Below are positions 51,337 through 64,000 of a stretch of DNA of 64,000 nucleotides, one piece after another (within the stretch, counting starts at the first letter, position 1; every line of letters begins with the position of its first letter). The position numbers were made by a program, and so were the translations under genes. The notes under the pieces are model-generated. The model saw only the letters and a program-made list of their open reading frames with translations, was not told the DNA's origin and did not search any database. Source of the DNA: Eledone cirrhosa (taxonomy: Eukaryota); the NCBI GenBank assembly GCA_964016885.1, contig OZ024740.1, positions 364,374,001 to 364,438,000 of the forward strand, written 5' to 3'.

Positions 51337-51735
51337 GGGCAGCAGATTGGCAATATCAGTAGATTATTGGACAATATGCTTTGCAGCATAAAGTTATGGC
51401 CCTTTACATTCTGAGTTCAAATCCTGCCAAGGTTAGCTTTGCCTTTCATCCTTACGGGGGTTGATAAAATAAAGTACCAGTAATGCTTTGGGGTCAATTT
51501 AATCGATTTTCCCCTCCTCTCAAAATTGCTGGCTTTGTGTCTAAAATCAGGGTGAATTGGCAGTATGGGTAGAGGGTTGGACGCCACGCTTTCTAGCATA
51601 GTTACGTCCCTTTACAGTCTGAGTTCAAATCCCGCCGAGGTTAACTTTGCCTTTCATCCTTACGGGGTCGATAAAATAAAGTACCAGTAATGTACTGGGT
51701 AATTGCTGGCCTTGTGCCTAAAGTAGAAACAATTA
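51337..51735 (+). mobile_element. Two tandem Meta-type SINEs (long then short variant)
   Basis: The second begins at about 51550 inside the tail of the first; the pair is bracketed by ATTATTAACCA(G/T)TATGGTT at 51310 and 51732. Confidence 0.85.
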
Positions 51736-51820
51736 TTAACCATTATGGTTTACATTGTATCTTACAACATTCATTGAATAGTTTCTGTACAAAATATATA
51801 AGATAATGCCTTCTATACCT

Positions 51821-51900
51821 CAGCATCTAGGCATAAGTAAGCAAGTGCTGATGAACTGTATCAACAATGAAATGCATCCACAACTCTTACTCAGATGCTG
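51821..51900 (+). ncRNA. Candidate type I hammerhead motif (degenerate)
   Basis: GTG-CTGATGA-ACTGT-ATCA-ACAAT-GAAA-TGCA-TC-CAC, with outer pairing CAGCATCT/AGATGCTG and GTAAG/CTTAC; one mismatch in stem II. Confidence 0.55.
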
Positions 51901-53019
51901 AAGTAGGTGTGTGACATAATCACAGCTTAAAATCCAATGGGACTAAATGTATGTTTATGATATACACACACACATTACATATGGGTTCATATGCACTAAT
52001 TGTGTTGTGCTGCATCGTGTTGTGCTTCTGTGGCAAGGCACATAACTCTGCATACTTCAGTCAGCATGTTTGTGAATAGGTTCCACTCCTTATTGCCCAC
52101 CACCATTGATTAGTTCCAAACAGTATGCAAATATCCAAATTTTCATTAAATCCTGCACCACACCTCATTGTAGCATGGAACAATAGATGTACGAAATAAA
52201 TAAATAGATGAATAAAATCTGGAATGAAAGTGTGTCTTCAACCATACTTTAAACATTTTATTGATAGAAAAGTCTTCAAATTGCTTTGATGTCCTTCCAA
52301 GTGGTTATGATTTGATGTTGTTTATTAATGTGCTGTTTGAAAGATGGAAAAGAAAAAACTGAATTCATAAATCTTTTAAATTATTGATTGGACAAATACT
52401 GAAGCTGAAGTGTGCGTGTGTGGGGGGGGGGGGGGGGCAGAGATGCAGCAGATACAACAATCTTCAGTGAAAGAATGAGGGTGGTGATGGCTGGAGGAAA
52501 TAACTGAGATGGGATTGTGTTCTAGGGGATCAGAGATAAGTTTTAACCCTTTTGTTATCATATATGTATTGAAACATGCTTTATGATTTTGAAAATAATC
52601 AAAGATTTAGAAGAACTTAGTAATATAACTAACTTTCTCAATATTAAGTTAGTGTTTGGAACATAACAAAGGTTCTGACATAAAATTGTGATGGAAAGTT
52701 TGGGGTAAATATAAACATTTTAACTCTTTCATTGTCATCCATGCAACCATGGAAAAATAGTCATTAAATGATGATGATGATGATTTCAAATAAAAAAAAA
52801 CAAACAAACACTGTCTATGGATTTCAAATCATTTTGAAAATAATGAAGAATTTGGAGAGATTTAGTAATATAACTCCATTTTCTCCTTTTACTTAACAAT
52901 TTAACACCTTTGTCCCCATATTTCTAATGAAAGACATGGCCTATGACTTTCAAATAATTGTGAAAATACTCAAGAATATTGAAGCTTTTAGTAATATAAC
53001 TTTCTCATGGAGCTAGTGT

Positions 53020-53216
53020 TTAACACTTTAGCATTTACATTACTCTATATTTACTATTGCATTTTTATGGTAAATTATTTCACTTAATATCGAGTCTATG
53101 AGATTTTGAGAACAATACCTTAACGTCAGTATGAGCAGTCAGTTACAGTTGGTTTTAACAGAAAGTGATGAGAGATTTCTGGCTGGATATGGCCAGTTTA
53201 AATGCTAAAGGGTTAA
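53020..53216 (+). mobile_element. piggyBac-type MITE family 1 nested in MITE family 2
   Basis: TTAACACTTTAGCATTTA ... TAAATGCTAAAGGGTTAA. Confidence 0.8.
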
Positions 53217-53345
53217 ATAAAATTTATGATGGGAGGTTTTTAGATAATTATAAACTCTTTAAAATAAACCATTTAGTATTATAGAACCAGGAGTTGTTTC
53301 AGGCAATTTGGTGTTAATCTTTTTAGAAGCTTTCTCATTATTTCC

Positions 53346-53825
53346 TTTAGTTATAGGGTTACATTGGTAGAGTATCAGATACTTTAGTTATAGGGTTACA
53401 TTGGTAGAGTATCAGATACTTTAGTTATAGGGTTACATTGGTAGAGTATCAGATACTTTAGTTATAGGGTTACATTGGTAGAGTATCAGATACTTTAGTT
53501 ATAGGGTTACATTGGTAGAGTATCAGATACTTTAGTTATAGGGTTACATTGGTAGAGTATCAGATACTTTAGTTATAGGGTTACATTGGTAGAGTATCAG
53601 ATACTTTAGTTATAGGGTTACATTGGTAGAGTATCAGATACTTTAGTTATAGGGTTACATTGGTAGAGTATCAGATACTTTAGTTATAGGGTTACATTGG
53701 TAGAGTATCAGATACTTTAGTTATAGGGTTACATTGGTAGAGTATCAGATACTTTAGTTATAGGGTTACATTGGTAGAGTATCAGATACTTTAGTTATAG
53801 GGTTACATTGGTAGAGTATCAGATA
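53346..53825. repeat. 13 identical copies of a 37-bp unit
   Basis: TTTAGTTATAGGGTTACATTGGTAGAGTATCAGATAC x13, running into a degenerate Meta-type SINE (to about 53982). Confidence 0.95.
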
Positions 53826-54129
53826 AAATACTTTGCAGTATTTAGTTACAACTTTCTGTATTCTGAGGATCAAATCCTTCCTATACCAACTTTACCTTTA
53901 TACCACCCAAGCAGCGGGATTGATGTAACCCCCCCCCCCCCCCCCCCATTGCTGGCCTTGTGCCAATGTTAGAAAACATTATTTCCTTCAGATTCTTACA
54001 AACAGAATTATTAATGTATACAAGATTAGCCATACACACACTATAATGGGTTTAGCATATGTCCTGAAAGCTGATGATGTTATTAATACTTGTTTTCACT
54101 CCCTTAGTTATTTCAGCATGTCACGTGTG

Positions 54130-54670
54130 TGTACACCTACCACTATTTCAGGATGTCACTTGTGTGTACTTCCACCACTATTTCAGGGTATAAGTTGTGT
54201 ATATACTCACCACTATTTCAGGATATAAATTATTGCACTCCCTTGGCCATTTCAGGGTGTCAATTGTATATAAACCATCCACTATTTCAGTATTACTTGT
54301 ATATAAACCATCCACTATTTCAAGGTATTACTTGTATATAAATCCTCCACTGTTTCAGTATTACTTGTATATAAACCATCCACCATTTCAGTATTACTTG
54401 TATATAAATCCTCCACTATTTGAAGGTATTACTTGTATATAAATCCTGCACTATTTCAGTATTACTTGTATATAAACCATCCACTATTTCAGTATTACTT
54501 GTATATAAACCTTCCACTATTTCAAGGTATTACTTGTATATAAATAGTCTACTATTTCAAATCCTTACGGGGTCGATAAAATAAAGTACCAGTCATGTAC
54601 TGGGTAATTGCTGGCCTTGTGCCAAAAGTAGAAACAATTATTTGTGTATAAACCATCCACTGTTTCAAGT
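54130..54670. repeat. 32-34 bp degenerate minisatellite interrupted by a SINE 3' fragment at 54562-54641
   Basis: CCACTATTTCA(AG)GTATTACTTGTATATAAACCAT units. Confidence 0.85.
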
Positions 54671-55713
54671 TCTGGAGAAAGGTAAATGTACTGTTTTTAT
54701 GGCCACTACTATTATTCTTTAAATTTTCTTATTTTTACATTTACTGGTTTCATTCATTGGGCTGTGACCATGCCAGAGCACTGCTTTCAAGGATTTTATC
54801 ATTCATATTGAACCTATTCCCTATTTTCAAGTCTGGTACTTATGTTATTGATGTCTATTTGGCATCGAACTGATAAATTACAGGACGTAAACAACACCAG
54901 TTATTATGCAGTGTAGATATAAATAAGAACAGATACACACAAAACAGGCTTCTGTATAGTTTTTGTCTACCAAATTTCACTCACAAGTCATTGATCAACC
55001 TGAAGCTATGTTAGAAAACAAAACACTGTCTTGTATGTTAGTATGTGTGTGCATATGTATGCATGTGTTGATAAAATAACTAGCCACATGTTTTATATGT
55101 TAGTATGTGTGCATATGTATGTGTGTCTCTAAATAATTCACCACATGTCTTACATGTTAGTGTGTGTGTGCATATGTATGCATGTGTATGTCACGTTAGT
55201 TTTGATTTGATTAAAACGCTTAATATTTAAATCAGTCTGTAAAGAGTTTAGGAACTAAATTTATTAGTTTCAATTCGTTACAATTAACAGAGCTTTAACT
55301 TAATGCCTGAGTAATTTAAAGGATTTGTTCAGTGTTTAGTATTTAAAATGAAGTTAAATAGCCAAGGCATGTGAGGAGAATATTTCGGGAAAATTCAGTG
55401 TTACACAAATGGGCTTGTTGATTGTATGATTGATGCTCAGGCACCAGAAATAAAAGTTGATTACTTTTAACAACTTGTAACTACAGTAGTGTTTGGTGGG
55501 AGGTTGTTGGCAGTTAATTACATACTTACTTAGTCAGCATATGCCAAACCAATTTCAAACTATCACACACACATGCACATGCATTCGCACTCATGCACCC
55601 CCCCCCCCCCCCCCCCCCCCACACACGAATATGTTCTCACAAATACTTTACAATGTCATTAACCTTCCTATCTTGTTTTCCAAAAATAGGAGGCACAATT
55701 ATTTATTTGTTCA

Positions 55714-55745
<32 letters not shown>

Positions 55746-55872
55746 TGCTACTACTACTATTACTACTACTACTACCACCACTACCACTGCTGATGCTACT
55801 ACTACTACTACTACTACCACTACTACTACCACCACCACCACCACTACTACTACCACCACCACCACCACCACC

Positions 55873-55924
<52 letters not shown>

Positions 55925-55986
55925 ACACCACCACCACTACCACAACCGCTGCTGCTACTACTACTATTATTACTATTACTACTACA
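55714..55986. repeat. (CTA)n/(CCA)n trinucleotide array
   Basis: Seen directly. Confidence 0.95.
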
Positions 55987-56004
55987 TGTTTTGTATGTTA
56001 GTGT

Positions 56005-56222
56005 CGAGTGGGTCATGGGAGCACAGTTTTCAAACTTCCTGCAGATCCTGTCAGAAGCAACCATCTCCAAGTGATCTGGCTGGATCCCCCAAGCAAGACC
56101 AGCCAAGATCAGTGATGTTATCCAACCATCTTGGTCGGGGTCTACCCCTGGGTCTCCTGGCAGTTGGACATTGGATTGCAGCAATGTTGGAAACAGCGCC
56201 GTCTGTTGTATACCATAGATGT
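56005..56222 (-). pseudogene. Expander-like RTE 3' fragment
   Basis: ORF 56051..56296 contains PTARRPRGRPRPRWLDNITDLGWS.LG. Confidence 0.65.
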
Positions 56223-57071
56223 AGACATACACACATACACATGTGCATGTAGATACACATGCATACATCATACATGCATAGATCATACATATACAATTTA
56301 GTTTTTCATATTGACCCCAGTGGAATTTTACATTTTTCATGGCTAGTATTTATTTTATCAATCTCTTTTTGCCGAACCTCTAAGTTATGAGCGCGCGCAC
56401 ACACACACACACACACACACGATAGACATCTACACAGTTTCTGCCAATCAAATTCCACTGACAAGGTATTGTATTGGTCAATCTAAGGCTATAGTTAAAT
56501 AACTTGCCCAAGGTGTCACACAGCAGGACTGAACCTGAAACCACATGGTTGTGAAGTAAACTCCTTCACCACACAACCATTCTACTATTTCTAGTAACTG
56601 GTAATTAGAAAATAATAATTAGTTTTCAAGCCATATTTTCTTTTCACATATTTTTTATTAACATACATTATGGACAGTTTTCTTCAATCAAAAAACATTT
56701 CAGTTGTCTTTTTGAAAACAAAACAGATTTTCCATTGTAGATTAATTGGTTTCCATTCTTTTTGTGTGTGTGTGTATGTGTGCGCATGTGCATCAGACTG
56801 TATGTATGTGTAAGTGTGTGTGTGTGTATGTATCTTCATCATCATCATTTAACGTCTATCTTCCACGCTAGCAATATATTGTTTTAAACATATATTGTTT
56901 TAAAACAGATTTTCAAATAGTGAGTTTCAAAGCATGCATACATTCATACACACAAACATGCACACACAAATATATATATATATATCATATATATATCTCA
57001 TACATACATCTCATACATACACACGTCTAACCCATGCTAGCGTGGAAAGTGGACGTTAAACGAGGATGATG

Positions 57072-57073
<2 letters not shown>

Positions 57074-57148
<75 letters not shown>
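57074..57148. repeat. (CA)n microsatellite following a ~50-bp RTE tail
   Basis: Seen directly; RTE tail at 57024-57073. Confidence 0.9.
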
Positions 57149-57154
<6 letters not shown>

Positions 57155-59220
57155 CACATACATATATCATATGTATATATGTGTGTGTGTGTATATATAT
57201 GTGTGTGTGATATATATATTTATATGATATATGTTTGTGTGTGTGATATATTTATATATGATATATATATATATGATATATATGTTTGTGTGTGTGTATG
57301 CATGCTTTTAAACTCACTATTTGAAAATCTGTTTTAAAACAATAAAGCAATTTTATTTTTTTATACCATTTTATGTAATGTTTTGATGTTGAAGAAAATG
57401 TAAATAAGTATGCTAATGTTGTGTTGTTAAAATCTTCTTCCTGGCAGTTGAGCTGGATATAATAGATAAGATAGAGAAATTCAACTGATAACATTGATGT
57501 CATCAAGGAGCAAAATAGATTTCAAACTAACCAGATTACTTTACTATCAAGATGAAATATAATGTATTTCATTCTTATCATTTGATACCAATGTATGAAA
57601 AACCACATATCTGACAAAAATAGACTATTATTGCATCAGTTTGTGTGCTCAAATAATTGCACTCTGTGATATTAAATATTAGAAAAATATTCTAAGATAA
57701 CCATCATTTTGCAGCATTGTTGGAAATCTTTGCAATGTGTACAAGATAAGAGAAAAAGTTCTCATTTTTGAGAGTATAGGTCTGATAAAAATCATGGAAA
57801 ATATTGATAGAATGTATTATTTTGATTGGAATGTGATTTATTTTTCCCCGTCTCCATTATATCTATTTTGCCACTCCATCTGGAAGAGCATGTATTCATA
57901 ATTTTATTTATTTATATATCTGTTTAGTGGCAATGATTAAAGCAACAGATAAATAATGGTGTGCTGCTTGCAAATCCATGCTGTTTGTTTCCACCTCTAC
58001 CTCTAACAGAAGCATTTCTTCCTTTGTTTATTATTTATCTAATGAAAGAAACTTCTTAGAATTTTCAAAAGTATTTTGAAAATAATCAAGGATTTGAAAG
58101 CATTTAGTAATATAACTTTCTCATTAATCTGGTGTCTGGAACATAACTTAATAAAGTTCTTACATAAAATTATGATGGAAGGCTTGTAGATAAATATAAA
58201 CACTTTAACTCTTTCGTTAACATATTTCTAATGAAAGACACTTCCCATAATTTTCAAATTATTTGGAAAATTATCAAGAATTTGAAAGCATTTAGTAATA
58301 TAACTTTCTCATTAAGCTTGTCTTTGGAACATAACTTAACAAAAGTTCTTACATAAAGTTATCAGGGTAATGCCATATTTCTAATAAAAGACCCTTCCTA
58401 TAATTTTCAAATTATTTGGAAAATAATCAAGAATTTAAAAGGATTTAGTATTATAACTAATTTTCTCACTATTAAGCTGGAACATAACTTAAAGATTCTT
58501 ACATAAAATTCTGAGGGAAGGTTTATAAATAAATAGAAATATTATATAAAAAACAGTTTTGTACCATTTAATTCTTGTTTCACTTTCGTATTCAAACATA
58601 AATGGAATCGATCACTCTTTTCTAATTTTTTTTATTCATATATACATACTTGTCTTTTTGTCAATCTTTGAATTTTCATTTACAGAATTTATTCCATCCT
58701 TCCTTCTTTCTCTCAATATTGTGAATTAGAGTTTCATTGGATTGTTTACTATGTTCATTAGTTTTATTACTTTTCCACATATCGAACATATCCTAAAATG
58801 TTCATCCATTCTTGACCTTATTTCTAATGAAATACACTCTATTTCATTTAATTAATGAAGAATTTTTAGGGATTTGCTGAAATTATTAATTATTTGATTA
58901 TTGAGATAGTAACTTAATAATATGGTTCTTATATAAAATTATATTTGAAGATATTTATCTATACAGGAACTCTTTAAAATGAGAGGTTTTGTTTCTTAGA
59001 ACCAGAGCCAGTTAATATGAAAATGATTAAAGTGTATGATTAAACCTATAAAATGTGCACCAGTCCTAACAAACGTATTTTTGGCAGTTATTTATGTATA
59101 AAATTGTCAATAGTTTTTTAATTTGTTTTAACATTTAGATATATCTAATTTAGAGTAGGTACATCATACACCTGCATGTTATGATAAGCAGCTGAAAGGG
59201 TTAATGCAAGTAGGGCATCA

Positions 59221-59478
59221 ATAACCCTTTTCATATCAGCCCACCTGAAACTGCCCTGGTTTCTATGATACAAAACTGCTTGTTTTAAACTGTTCATATT
59301 TAAATCAAAATCTCTCATTATAATTTCATGTAAGAACCTTTTATGTTCTAAACATTAGCTTAATAATGAAAAGGCTTAGCTATATTACTGGATTTTTTGA
59401 AATTCTTCATTATTTTCAAAATTAATTGAAACACAAAGGCTGTATATTTCATTAGAAATATAGTAACATAAGGGTTAA
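59221..59478. mobile_element. TTAA/CCC-ended MITE family 2 (~260 bp), representative copy
   Basis: ATAACCCTTTT ... AAGGGTTAA; many decayed copies (about 23028, 24055, 25820, 26677, 27237, 34341, 52543, 58030-58560, 60697, 62180-62580). Confidence 0.65.
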
Positions 59479-61544
59479 GTGTATATAGACTATATAATTT
59501 AATAAAATGCTTTTGTTATTTGAAAACAACTAAATAGAATAATTTGCATAGAGGATGGTGTCTTTTCCTTTTGTCTTGAAATTATTACCACTTTTTAATT
59601 AATAAATTAATTAGCTAACTTTATTTTTCCTCCAACTTCATTTCTGAAGGGAATTTGCCTCAGGATATAGACAGATGTTTCTCCTAATGCTGCTCTATCT
59701 CTATCTCTTCCTTTAACCAGCTAAAAATTTCATTTACTTCAGAAATATTTCCTTTTCTCTTCTGCATTTGCGTGAGTTGATGATGGCTGATGGATATTTT
59801 TTCTTATTCTTTCTTTCTTTTTTGGGGGGTTTATCAGTGAATTTGTCTGCTATTTCTCCCTTCAAGTGAACTTAAATCACTTTCAACACTGTTTCTACTG
59901 AGTCAAGCTAATATATTCCCAACCTTTCTCCTTCTCATCCCCACCAGCAAATATCTCTATTGCCTGAAATGCCAATGATATTTTTCCTTTTTAACAAATT
60001 AGTAGCATGCATGTGGAGTGTAGGCAATGTGCAACATCCTATATTTAACAAATATCCTTCCAAAATTTTCAAGTCATATTTTTTTTTTCTTCTCCTTTAA
60101 ATTCCTATGAAAATTATAATAGAAATCTAGAATTATTTGGAAAATTCCTGATACTAGTTCCCTGGGGCACTGATATAAAGTATCTTCAACACGAACCGTT
60201 GTTTATTTATTTCTGAATCCCTTCCTCTTTGAACATCGAAATCTAAATTTCTCCTTCCCCCAAAGCTATTCTTTGCTATCTGTGATCCATGCTTATTGAT
60301 AATATTCATTCCATATATTTATCTATTCAAATGTTAAATAAATACATAATGATAATAATAATAATTTTGTTGTTTATGTTATTTCAAATAATATACCCCC
60401 CCCCCCCTCACTCATATAAGAGAAAAGACAAAGATAAAAATAATTGCCAGATTCTTTAAAACTATCTCTAAAAAGCTTCCTTTCTACTTTGAAATCAAGA
60501 AAATATAACTCTCTGGTTTTAATTCCCAAACATGAGACAAAATGTCTACTTACATAATTTTTTTTTTAGATTTGAAAATATAAGTTTCATGGCTTTTGTT
60601 AGTTTTCAGACCCTGTCTCAATATGTTCAAAAGAAAAATCTGGCAAATATTATAGCATAAATTGTAATGGCTAGGAATTGCCATTTGTCTCTAGTTTAAC
60701 CCTTTTTGTTACCAAACCACCTGAAACTGTTCCCGAATCTACAATACAAAGCTGTTTGTTTTTTTTTAAATTTATATTTATCTAAAAAAAAAATTACCAT
60801 AATTTTATGTAAGAACCTTTAACCCTTTAGCATTTACATTAGTCTACTTATTATATTTTCATGATAAAAGCTTTATCTCACATAATATTTATGAAATTTT
60901 GATGATGTTATTATTTATTTTATCAAATTGCTGGCTTTGTGCTATAAGTAGAAACAATTATTAATCCTTATGTTCTGGTAACTAGTCCAGCCAGTCATTG
61001 GGACACCACTCTGGATGTTTACACAGTAGCTGTCATTGGCCATTGTCCTCTGCCAGATACAGAAGGGTTAAAGTATTGTGATCAGTTCAATCATTGATGC
61101 TGTCGCACTCGCTCTGGTAGCTAGCTGACACCAATGGTCTCTGTCCTCCAGCATGGAAGAGTTGCTATGTTTTAAATTGTTCAATCCTTGATGTTATTGG
61201 ACCAGCTCTGGCAATCAGCAATCATCTCTGGATTCTGTCATGCACAGAAAGGTTGCAGTGTTGTGACTTGTCCAGTCCTTGATGTATTAGATCAATATCA
61301 TAGGTATAGGTTATTTAGTGACACCTTGTTCATTACAAAACTGCCATTTTTAAGTATTGAACTTTTATTTCACATTCTTTATATTTTTAATTGTTAGATT
61401 AAAAGCAGCAAGCATTTTAAAGCCATTTTCCTCGTCTAAAACCAGGAGTTAGCTTTGCAGGTCCCATGAAAGTCCTCAGTCTCATCATGAGTTTTGAAAT
61501 AGTATTTTAAATTCCAACCTCACACACTTACACCTCTCCAAGAC

Positions 61545-61998
61545 AATGTCACTGGACCGAGATCTTTGGCGCTACACAGTAATACAGAAGACCCACCCTG
61601 CCTAAGTACAAAGCGAAACCTACAGTCAGTAGGCACCTCTAACAAAAATACACCCCCCGTCCCACCACCCCCACCTCATCCACACCACCCCTTTCGATGT
61701 AAAGTTATGTTGGTACCACAACATCCAGTCCTAAATAAATGAGGTCGTGTAGGTGTCACGACAAAAAAACACACAGTCCACGCTGTAATGTGGCCATGTA
61801 GGTAACACGGTAAAAACCTCCCAGTCCACACTGTAAACATGGTTGGTGTTAGGAAGGGCATCCAGCCGTAGAAAACCCGCCAGACAGTCCTATACGAACA
61901 AGACAACCAATCTTGCCTCAAGTGGGAAAACTCCCGTCCAAACCCATGCAAGCGTGGAAGGTGGACGTTAAACGATGATGATGATGATGATGATGATG
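61545..61998 (+). mobile_element. Diverged RTE-A-related 3' fragment (ORF end, 3'UTR, GAT tail)
   Basis: DRDLWRYTVIQKT ORF end, GGTGTTAGGAAGGGCATCCAGCCGTAGAAA, terminal stem-loop and (GAT)n. Confidence 0.75.
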
Positions 61999-63275
61999 TT
62001 TTATGGCTGGATACCCATCATTTACGACATGCAGGGATATGATGTACTAATTCTAAACCAGATTCGCACAGCATTTTTAATTACTAGACATGCTGGTAGG
62101 TGGAACTATATGGAAGCCCATTGGTTGAACTGTACCTGTAATTCTAAAGACCAGTGTTTATTTTTAAGAAGTTGTTAGTTTTAAAGTGTTTATATTTATC
62201 GAAAAACCTCCCATCATAATTTTATGAAAGAGCCTTTCAGGATAATATTTCTAATGAAATACACTCTATTTCAATCAATTAATGAATAATTTTAATGGAG
62301 TTATTAAAATTATTAATTATTTCATTGCTAAGATTGTAATTTGATATATAATTCTTATATAAAATTATGCTGGAAGATTTTAATTCAAATAGGAATCTTT
62401 AAAAATTGGTAGTTTTGTTTCATAGAACCAGAGCCAGTTTCAGTCTGGTTGATATCAAAAGGGTTAAACACCAACTTGATAATTAAAAAGTAAGTTATAT
62501 TATTAAAATCCTGCAAATTCTTTGTTATTTAAAAATCATAAGCACTGTATTTCATTAAAAATATAGTTAATGAAAGGGATAAACAGTAAACAAAATCTAT
62601 GTCAGCTAAGGTGGTGATAATATTAAATGTTGGAGTTTATTTTTTTCTATATACTATTTAATTCATAACGTCCTGTACCACACGAAACCGCATTGGCAAG
62701 ACGTTCTTCAAAAGTACAAAACAGCTCTATGACTGCATCACATTAAAAATTAAAGTCTGCTAATTTCTTGACTATCTAGTAAAGATACTATGAACATTTA
62801 AATTAACAGACACATTTTATTTTAAAATATTTTCTGCTAAATCATTATAGGATATTAAGAGTTAATACACACACACACAGTGACAGACAGACAGAGTTAA
62901 AATAGAAAAAAAAAAAAAAGTAGGCAAAAGAAGATATTTCAAGTAAATTAGTGTTGAAATAATTTCATTATTGTAAGCAATCATATATTTAATGTCAAAA
63001 TATATCAACTATGTTCAGTTCATTACTTTCAGATGACTGAGGAGGAAGAACATTATTTTTGTATTCTGATTTGTTCTAAATTTGAAAGTACATCATCCTA
63101 TCACATTTTATAATTAGGACATTTTACTATTTCATATTACTGACAGACTTGAGAACTTTTAACTCTTAATGTCCTGAACCACAAAAAAACCACATTAACA
63201 AGACTTTAAAAATGTAAGACTTTACCCTAATATGGCAAATTTTCACAATAATCTGTCCATTAGTAAAGATATCCT

Positions 63276-63392
63276 CATCATCACCACCACCACCATCACC
63301 ACCACCACCATCACCACCACCACCACCATCACCACCACCACCACCATCATCACCACCACCACCATCATCACCACCACCACCATCATCATCAT
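63276..63392. repeat. (CAC/CAT)n array, probably the expanded tail of a minus-strand RTE-like fragment at 63393-63572
   Basis: Array seen directly; adjacent sequence resembles the RTE 3' end in reverse complement. Confidence 0.75.
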
Positions 63393-63725
63393 TTAGTGTC
63401 TGTTTTCCATACTGGTATGAGCTGGACAGGGCGTCATTGACAAGGTTAGTACTTGAGCAGAATTACTGTTCTCTCACCAATGTACCAGGGCTTACATCTT
63501 ACTTACATTCTGGTTTTGGTGAGGTTTCTATGCCTAGATGTCCTTTCTTTCACCAACCACTTTACAGTGTAGTATAAACATTTAGATTAACAAACCTGTT
63601 TTTAGATATTCTCTGCTAAATCATTACAAGACCATATAGCTGGTAATCAGATGTGGGTGTCTATTTATATATGTGTATGTTCATGTATACACTTATATAT
63701 TTATAATTCAAACAACCCCTTACAG

Positions 63726-63985
63726 CAGAGGTTCTCAAAGTGGGCACTACCGCCACCCGAGCACTGGAGTCTAAGGGGTCAGTAAAGATATAATAGTATA
63801 TTAAATATCAAAAGATACATATTATATATAAACTAGCAGAGGGTATTAAATAGCAGTTGTGTATACCATTTATGTCAATACTTCAGTGCTGCTTCGAAAA
63901 CTATACTTTTACAAAATCATCGGCTTTTTCCAAAAGGGGGTTCCCTACTCAATATGTGCCAATTCTGAAAGTTCACATTCATCTG
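63726..63985. mobile_element. hAT (Charlie-like) MITE, degenerate
   Basis: Left end CAGAGGTTCTCAAAGTGGG; right end not clear. Confidence 0.4.
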
Positions 63986-64000
63986 TAACACAAACGTAGC

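Noticed and set aside
53346-53825. CRISPR-like or telomere-like 37-bp repeats
   Set aside because: Units are directly adjacent with no unique spacers, there are no cas genes, the context is eukaryotic, and TAGGGTTA is not a TTAGGG array.
55493-56340. Poly-Leu/Pro and poly-Ser/Gly ORFs
   Set aside because: A trinucleotide microsatellite fused to an RTE fragment.
59560-60320. Possible L1/Tx1-like remnant on the minus strand (KYRMLHIAYTP, DICW)
   Set aside because: Too few motif residues to support by eye; needs a translated profile search.

Overview
AT-rich eukaryotic DNA, intronic or intergenic in character. The repeat content (tRNA/CORE and Meta-type SINEs, RTE LINEs, dense (TA)n/(CA)n microsatellites) suggests a cephalopod such as Octopus; this is an inference. 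I found no convincing host protein-coding gene, only weak minus-strand splice-site candidates near 25.4-25.6 kb and 29.8 kb. The window is dominated by mobile DNA: one near full-length RTE-clade LINE (1039-aa EN+RT ORF) with truncated relatives of two families, two SINE superfamilies, two TTAA/piggyBac-type MITE families, pogo, hAT and mariner MITEs, a decayed DD37D transposase, a CRE-clade remnant, and several minisatellites. The most notable observations are: (1) a C4HC3 PHD-like finger inserted inside the RT domain of both RTE families; (2) these LINEs and their partner SINE repeatedly sit in (TA)n tracts; (3) the long LINE carries about five tandem ~400-bp 5' monomers; (4) the partner SINE has a tail assembled from two different LINE families; (5) three Penelope-type minimal hammerhead ribozyme motifs, one inside a 291-bp palindrome; (6) a ~1-kb foldback structure. 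Everything was read by eye, and boundaries of old repeats are approximate.
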